A model generated the notes under the pieces. That model was not told where the DNA came from, did not search any database, and worked only from the letters and a program-made list of their open reading frames with translations. A stretch of 64,000 bases of DNA, taken from Lytechinus pictus. Its lineage: Eukaryota. How positions within the stretch are numbered: position 1 is the first letter of the stretch; each line of letters begins with the position of its first letter. The position numbers were made by a program, and so were the translations under genes. Shown here piece by piece: positions 28,001 through 36,887 of this stretch. The stretch lies in contig NC_087251.1 of the NCBI RefSeq assembly GCF_037042905.1, forward strand, positions 32,428,001 through 32,492,000, given 5' to 3'.

Positions 28001-31000
28001 GTTCTTGGGACATCGACATCAGGTTTAAGAGCTCATGTTTTTTTACCCAATGAATTAATTGAATATTTGAAGGATTCGCTATGGGCATTAACGGATTTGA
28101 AAAGAACAGACTAAGACCCTACTTTTCATGCCATGCATTTCAATAGCCTTTTAAAAAGCGGGAGATTCTAAAGCTTATTTGATTGAGACATTTCCTTATA
28201 TATATAAAGTTAGGGACCTGGGAACGATTTTCTAAGAGGGGGTTTTCACTCCCAAGTAAAGGTTATTTACGTAAAACGAAATGCCTCTACATTATAACAT
28301 ACCGACCACATTTCCAGGGGTGCATCCCAGAAAAATCTTAGGGGTGCTCTGAAGCACCCCAGCTTCCAATGGCCAAGCATAATTATAATCGTATTCCTAT
28401 ATTAGATTATAGAGAGTTATCGCAACCACTACGTAGACGCCTTCTGGAACGCAATGAATCTATTGTGAATAGCCCTTCATGTCAAAGCAGGCTTTGTCGA
28501 AAATCGGTGAATCGAAATAGCAGTGTCGTCTTGGACTCTGGACAAACGACACATTTCGGATTTTTCGTCCGATCTTAATCTTAGGACGATCTGCTATCCC
28601 GGTCCACCAAATTTCGACAAAAACCTCTCAGCTGTCCATTGCGATTTGACTTGCATTTTCAATAGATTTACCACGTTGTAGAATCCGTCCTTGTAATTGC
28701 GAAAACTACTTATGTACATCCTACGCGGAAAATATCCTCCCCTAATATTGCTAGCTAGATGTTCGATAATTATATAAAATGCTTTCATCATGTTCATAAG
28801 TATATTAGATAGGTGAATTACTGTCTGATGTAAATCAGAATAATAGTAAAATAAGTTGGGGAAAAAAATCACACCGAATTTGTTCAATATAGTTGGTACC
28901 AGAACAGTTCTATTCAGGGTGTCTGTGCTAATAACAGATTAACTGTGGACTGACTAAGTAATAATGTGAATCAGAATCGTACTTTTATGAGTGGTCACAA
29001 TGACGGTATGTATTTGATGTTGTGTCTCATCTTGTGTTTTATATTTAGGTGTTGGTCGTTTCGCCAAGCTAGCACGGACAGTCACACGTAGTCGATCTGT
29101 GTTAGTACAGGTCGCTCAACATTTACCAAATATGAAACAAGAGCAAACCAAACAGGCACAGATTTCACAAATTTCACATGTAAGTTAAGTGTAGATATAT
29201 AGTTTGCAAGGGAAATATCTCAATTTTGTATTACAACTAGGGAAAGAGATTTGAAGTATACTGTATTTTGTATTAAAAGTTTTAAATTTTCATTTAGATT
29301 ATTTATATTTGCAGAATGCATTCAAGCATTTAACGAATTTTGAACAATATATATGAAGAGTTATGAAATTAAAACTGAGAAGACAATTGGAATATTGATT
29401 AAATATAAATTGTATGCAAGGTGTTGATCGAAAGTAATTTCGTTAACCAGTATAAGTAGTTAAACATTGGGGGACATTGTGTCCAGGATATTTTTTTTAT
29501 CTATTGTTTCAAATTGGAATGCAGCCGGACACTACAACGACCCTCTTTGTAATATTATCTTGGAAGAAATGTTTGCATATCTTTAATAATAGAAAATAGA
29601 GCCTATAAAATGAGCCTGTACCGATATGAATACAGTAACAAAATTGTCAACCAGTCATCTCCTAATTTCTGAATCTATGGTCGTTTCTTGTTTTTTTTAT
29701 TCGACAGATGATGACCCTTGATGCTGAGGTCCTACCGCAGTACAAGCGCGAAGCGCCCAAGACACCTCCACATATCATCCTGCATTACTGCACATTTAAG
29801 ACTATATGGGACTGGGTGATTCTAGTGCTGACTTTCTACACAGCAGTTGCAGTGCCTTTCAATGTGACCTTCACCTATTCTACTAACAATGAATACATTA
29901 CTCTTGTAGTTATCGACGGTAAGGATGGATTTCAAAACATATTATGGTGCCAGTGGCGGACCCCCCCCCCCCCTCTGAGGATATGTGGAAAAGAATGAAG
30001 AAAAAAAAATAGAAAAAATGTGAGGAAAAAAATTCCCACCCCCTCCCTCCCCGTCCTGGCGCCGGGTCCTGGCGTCAAGGGGAAGGGGTGGTTGGAGCGA
30101 TGACCGACATTCGTATTTTAGCCGGACACCATCTAATTTCATATGCGAGCAGGATCTTATATACATATCATTTTTACAAGAGTATCAAAATGATACTTTT
30201 ATCTAATACAGTTTGGGTAATTAAGAACAACAATGATTAACCGATTAGAAGAGAGTCGTAGTGAGTTTCCTTCTTAACTTGGAGAATAATATTCCTTTCT
30301 TTTCTCCGAAACATATAAAAACTATTTTCTATAAGTAAAATATATATTAAGGGAACTGTGATATGACATAATAGCAATCAACTGGAATGATTACTGCAAA
30401 TATTAATATTATGCAAAATCTAATTAGAAAGCTACAATTGAAAACAGACAATAAGCGTTGGTGTTTCAAACTAATAACAGGTAAATAACTAACATCGACT
30501 TGCGCCATAGGTTGGCGACGGTGTATGGTATAGAAAAAAAAAAAAAAGTGCCCACCTCGTTACCAAGAATGCATATAGCATTTTCATATAACAGAGCACT
30601 GTTATCTGAAAATGCTATATGCTGTCGATTAAACGCCTTGCTCACGGGCATAGGTGCCGTGGCCGGGGATCGAACCCCGGACTTTCAAATGTCTAGTCAG
30701 GCGCCTTAGACCACTCGACCACGGCACCTCCATGATGATGTGACACGATAGCACTACATTATTTCATTTGAATTCATCTATGTCAGTTCTTTTATTCATT
30801 TTCCTTTCATCAGGTATCGTCGATATCGTCTTCTTCATCGATGTCATCCTCAACTTCCACACGACGTTCGTTGGACCTGCGGGCGAGGTCGTGTCAGAGC
30901 CCAAAATCATACGCATGAATTATCTCAAATCTTGGTTTATAATCGATCTCCTATCGTGCCTCCCTTATGACGTCATCAATGCATTTCAAAATTCTAGTAA

Positions 31001-34000
31001 TGTAAGTAAAAAATCAATTATGGCATTTTAAGGCGATGTATCACTTTTCTTCCACAAAGCATGTTTGCAATTGAAGTGTGATATGGTGCCTTTTTTCGCG
31101 CTCGAAATCCTTGATCTCCATGTCAACGATAATGCACGGCATATGTACTCTTATAATATGGATAACTAAATAAATGGCGCTTTATAAATGCCTATGATTA
31201 TCATTTTGTGTATGCCTTCATAATTTGCCTTCCTTTTATGTCCGTATCTGTCTCTATTACAAGGTTTTCTTTCCACTCTTTTCGCCTTTCTTCACCCCTA
31301 GTCTGTCTCATTTTTAGTCTCATTCTATCTCTGTACTGTATCACTGTCTCTTTATGTTTAAAAGTCTTTATCACTTTATTGCTAACTCACACATTTCTCG
31401 TGTCTCTCTCTATCTCTGCCTCCTTCACATGCTCATTCTTTTTCTCTCTGTCTCCGAAACACTACCTATGTCCGTATCACTCTGGCTGTATTATCTCATA
31501 CTTGATCTGACATAGGTAAATAAATTGCATAAAAATGCAATCACTGATGGTATAAAAATACAATTACCATATTTGTTTATCTCGAACTCCCAGTTGTATT
31601 ATTGTGTTTTTCAAATTAGAAGTCAAAGTCATTTGTTATTCACCCTCAAACAAAAGTTAATAGGCATATCGCTTACAATTACTACCGCTGCGTTAAATAC
31701 ATGCATTTCAAGATTTTTACTTTATGCCATAAAGTCAAGGCCTCCGTTCTCTTAGTTCGCGCGCTCTTACCACTGTGTTGCCATGACAACAGCATCACAG
31801 ATATACAGCACACTTTACAATTTCATCCATCTCCAACAAAATTTTGTTTTGAAAAGACCACTCCTTTGATTTGAGGCGATTGTCTTCTTTTCTCGTTACC
31901 GTCGTTGCTATGTCTTTTTCATGAAAAATAGAGGAGACGGCTTTGCGTGGCATAAAAATTGGCACAATGTCACGTGACTTTCACTCTCTCTCTCTCTCTC
32001 TCTTATTTCCTGTTCGTGGACCTTTGGAATTAATTTTCGTCATTCCAAGACACTTGTGACCTATTTCGTAAAATCTCGATTAGATTTGAGAAACAAGTTG
32101 TTAAAGAAAGCTCTAATTTATAGTTGGCCAACATGAGAGAATTGTGTCGGGTATTCATCGAAGAAATGATTGTTTGGTGAAAACCGTATAACATCAACCA
32201 TGACAGGGTGAGAAATCAGTGATAAAATGAATAGATTATCGATATAAAAATAGAACTATATGTCGCCACTTGAAACATTTTCATGTACTTTTACCAGGAA
32301 GGTGCAAACCATCAGAAATGATGTCATTTATTCCGTAGAATACCGTGGTGACTAATCTGATTTAAGATTGCATATTTATCATACATAGTTCCAGTTTTCT
32401 CATGTATTCTCTTCTGTTTTTCTCATTTATGAGTCTCCTTCTAAATCTCTCTCTCTCTTTCTTTTCTACCTCGATATATCCCTCTCTTTCTACCCGCCCT
32501 TTCACACGGTTAAAAAAATCGTAATTTTAATGATGATTCCAGTGAAAAATAAGGCTAATGACGAATTTTCAGCACTTGTGAAACCAAATTAAAACATGAT
32601 TAGAATCACGAACGCTAATCACAATCACGAATTCTACTCCGGAAGTGAATTCCAGTTCCATTCCATTAGTCACAGTTTTCGAGTGAGCGTTTGAAAGGTC
32701 CGATGATTCTAAAGACGAATTGCAATCATGATTACAATGATGATTCAAGATTCACGTGTGAAAAGGCCCTATGTCCCTTCCTGTATCTCCCCCTCTCTCT
32801 CTCACACACACACACATACACACCCACCTGCACGCATCATCGTGACTGTAGAAGGGTCTTTTCACACATGAATCTTGAACCATCATTGTATTGATGATTG
32901 CAATTCGTCTTTAGAATCATCGGACCTTTCACACGCTGAACTGTGATTTAAATTGGAATTCCCGAGAGCGAAGGCGGTATGTGTCCTTGGTGACTTGTCA
33001 ATCAAAGTACTTCATCGGTACGATGAGTGCATGACAATTGTATTATGTTCGGAAGTGCTAAAAAATGACGCGTAAGCTCCGCCCCCCCCCCCAAAGATAT
33101 TTTGGAGGTCAAGCCTTTCACACGTAAAATTCGTACCATGATCCTCCGGAGTAGAATTTGAATTCGTAATTGTGATTAGCGTTCGTGATTCTAGTTTGGT
33201 TTCACACCTGCTAAAAATTCGTCATTAGCCTTCTTTTTCACTGGAACCTTCATTCAAATTACGATTTTTTTTTACCGTGTGAAAGGGCGGTTAGATAATT
33301 GATAAAAGCGCTATATAATTAAGTATAATTCTTATCACAATCATTATCAATTTTTTCTCTTTTCATTTCTCATCAGAACAAAATCAGTGGAATATTCAGT
33401 GCCCTGAAAGTAGCTCGACTTCTACGACTGGGGCGCGTGGTGAGGAAACTCGACCACTACATCGAGTACGGTCTCGCCTTCCTCATCCTTCTCATGTTAA
33501 GTTTCGTCCTGGTTGCCCACTGGTTCGCCTGCATATGGTACACCATCGGACGGGGGGCCCTCTCCCAAAACGACACCAACTCGTGGCTTTACAAGTTCGG
33601 CAATGACATGCATGATCCTTACAAGATCTTAGAGAACGGAACGATAATAAATGGACCCGATGTCGGTATGGAATATGTAACAGCGTTGTACTACACAATG
33701 AGCAGTCTTACCAGCGTTGGATTTGGGAACGTGTCTGCTTTTACCACCTACGAACGCCTTTTTACCATTGGGATGATGATTATTGGATGTGAGTCAGATT
33801 ATCAAATAGATTTACCACTCTAAGTGCAAAAGAGTTATTCTGGTGGGTGTTACATAAAGCTGTTCGTAAGTTAAAAGCGACTTTAAAGCTAAATGAACGT
33901 AGTTGCAGTAAAACACTGATTTCGTGAGAAAGTCTGTAAAACCAAGGTAAAGTATTGATATATCATCGTGGATCTAGATCTGGTATAGTTACATAAACTG

Positions 34001-36851
34001 AACTTTGTGAAATCATAATATCTAGCTAAAAAAACGATCACACTGAAGATCGCGAACACAGATAGGCACACGTGGGACAGTGTATTATTATTGTTGGAAT
34101 AAAGACCCGACGGAAGTGACCGAATCCGCGCTTATTTCGCTTATTTCTCAGCAATTACACAATTTCTTCCAGAATCCTTTGGCACATATTTTTTATTCAT
34201 ACAAACAGACACTTTGGTGATCATTATATTAAATTCTGTAAAAAGTCATTGTGAGATCGTTCCCGAAACTGGAATTTACCTTTAAGAACGACTGGTGATC
34301 CTTTCTTACGCGCAAAACCCTCGCAAATGAACATTTTTGTGTATACCATTTACCTCAAGAAAGGTTCACCAGTCGTTCTTAAAGTCGCTCTTAACTTACG
34401 AACAGCTTTATGAAACGGCCCCCGGTCTCTAATCACACTTCTCTCGGAGTGATCATGATATGGACCAATCCCATTTGGAGTGAACTGTGCACCGTATATA
34501 TAGATCGCATTATATCACCTGGGGAGCGTTTCATGAAAGAATTTGTCGGACGTTTTATCCGACAAGTCTTGTTTCATCCGACAGTTACCATATAGTAACA
34601 GTGTTTCTCAGCCAATCAACATCAAAGAAAGTTGTCAGATCTGACAACTTGTCGGACGAAAATTTTGATGAAACGCCCCCCTGGAGTGAACTGTGCACCG
34701 TATATATAGATCGCATTATAGCACCTGGAGTAAACTGTGCATCTTTTTTTTTCTTTTTGTCATTTGCAAACCTCACTTCAAAATGAGGGAGATCGTCTTT
34801 TTATAGAGAAGAGTGCGATTAAGGACCAGAGTATTTGAGATATCCGATACTTATTAGTAACGAATAGTCGGATAGTCCGAACACTGCTGGTCGTTGTTCC
34901 AATCGTTACTCAAAGATCAGAAATTGGTACAAAGTAATCGACTGTATTCTGTAATATATTCATTTTCATTTTTAAGGAGAAGTAAAAACCGGACAGAATG
35001 GCCTTAATATTGGAAGGGGCAGTGTGCGCCAGGCATGCACTACATTAGCTGGAAAAAGAATGATCGTCCATTTTAATAACCTTTTTTTCAATAACATATA
35101 ACCTTAAAAATCTAAAGGACGGAGGGCCATAATAATTATTCCAGTTCAGTTTGAGTAAAAAAAAAAAGCGCGCTTCTGAAGATAAATATGCGTCCGAGTA
35201 ACTCTATTCTTTCAAATCTTCTTCCCCGGAGCCATCAAAAACAAATCTCCTAAATGACCCGGGTTCCGTTACACAAAGATTGGAGATGAATCGCAAGTAT
35301 GAAAGAACCGCACTGATTGGTCCCTGGTCAGTATTTTAAACCTAATGCGCGTGTAACATTGATATTGATTGGTCAGTTCATTTAGCGATTGATAGCTAAT
35401 CTTTGTGTTACGGAGCCCTGATGATTCGAAGAAAGATTTACGTACTGCAGAGTCAGCGATTTATTTTCCAATGTTTTCGAGCAGGTGAAGAACCTGATTT
35501 AATAAGAAGGTATGGCTTCTTTGTAAAAGTTAAAGATGAGCATCAGGAATCGAGAAAATTGGAAGATATCCACATTATTTCGACTTAGTTTATCATTTAT
35601 CCTTTTTTTTCTGAGGCTGAATGAATAATGGTTTATATTCGTTGTGACAGTGGTAGATAAACGTGTTAGTGTACGGATTATAATTTCAATAATGTAAACA
35701 TGATCCGTAAACTTATAACACAATACGCACATAAATACAGAGAAACTTAATTGATTCGACAAAACTGGTCGAATTTCTATTAAACAATAATTCCCTTCGG
35801 AAACAAAGTATAAGCTAGTCATGTCATGTAGCTATTGCTCCGAAGAATGATTTATTGCTTTCACATGTATGATTGAACTGGTTTTCTTGCTTTCGGTATT
35901 AAACGATAACGTATACCAAATTGAGATGTCATTAACCCCTAACCTGTCAAATTTACAATAACAACGAGAGATTGATCTATTCTAGAATATGCAAAAATAT
36001 AATCATACGTCATACATCTTGTAATAAAGTAAATCCATCGAGATGGTATACATCTCATCTTGTGATGCATATAGATCACCAATATCATTCCATTAAAAAT
36101 AATTCAAGTAGCACGTGGGACTGCAGTAACGTACATTTCAGTAAATCCAGAACTTACACAGGGGTAAATGGAGCTTTACGCGCGTCACTCTCTTTCCTAA
36201 TCCTATCTTCAACGGATTCTATCGTGCAATAGAGATTATCTTCATTCAGATTTCAGGCACATTGAGGCAATTAATGGTGGCTGTCTTCAAGAGTTTATGT
36301 ATTCAAAGCAAGCAAGAGTTGTGAGCCAAGTTGAAATGACCCAACATATCTCTGCTTCTAGTTGACCAAACTTTTCATGAACCTTTTTTTTTGTAGCTCT
36401 GCTCTACGCCTGTATCTTTGGTAACGTGACAACCATCTACCAGCAGTTCACCTCAAATACAGCCCGCTATCACGACATGCTACAGAATGTCAAAGAGTTT
36501 ATGAAGCTACATGGAGTCAGTAAACCACTCACTGAACGCGTGCTCGATTATGTCATCTCAACGTGGTCAATGTCAAAGGGCATTGACACAGAAAAGGTAT
36601 TTGAATGACCAAGTATGATTGCGCACTATGGGGTGTCGGTGATTGTAGCTGAAGCTAGTGATAATGACACGAAGCTAGTGATAATGACAACGACAATGAT
36701 GATGGTGGTGATGATGATGATGATTATGATGATGATGATTACGGTGATCATGGTGATGATGATGATGTTGGTGATGATGACGACGACGATGATGATGGTT
36801 ATAGTGATGATGGTGATGGTGACGATGATGATGTTGGTGATGATGACGGTT

Positions 36852-36887
<36 letters not shown>

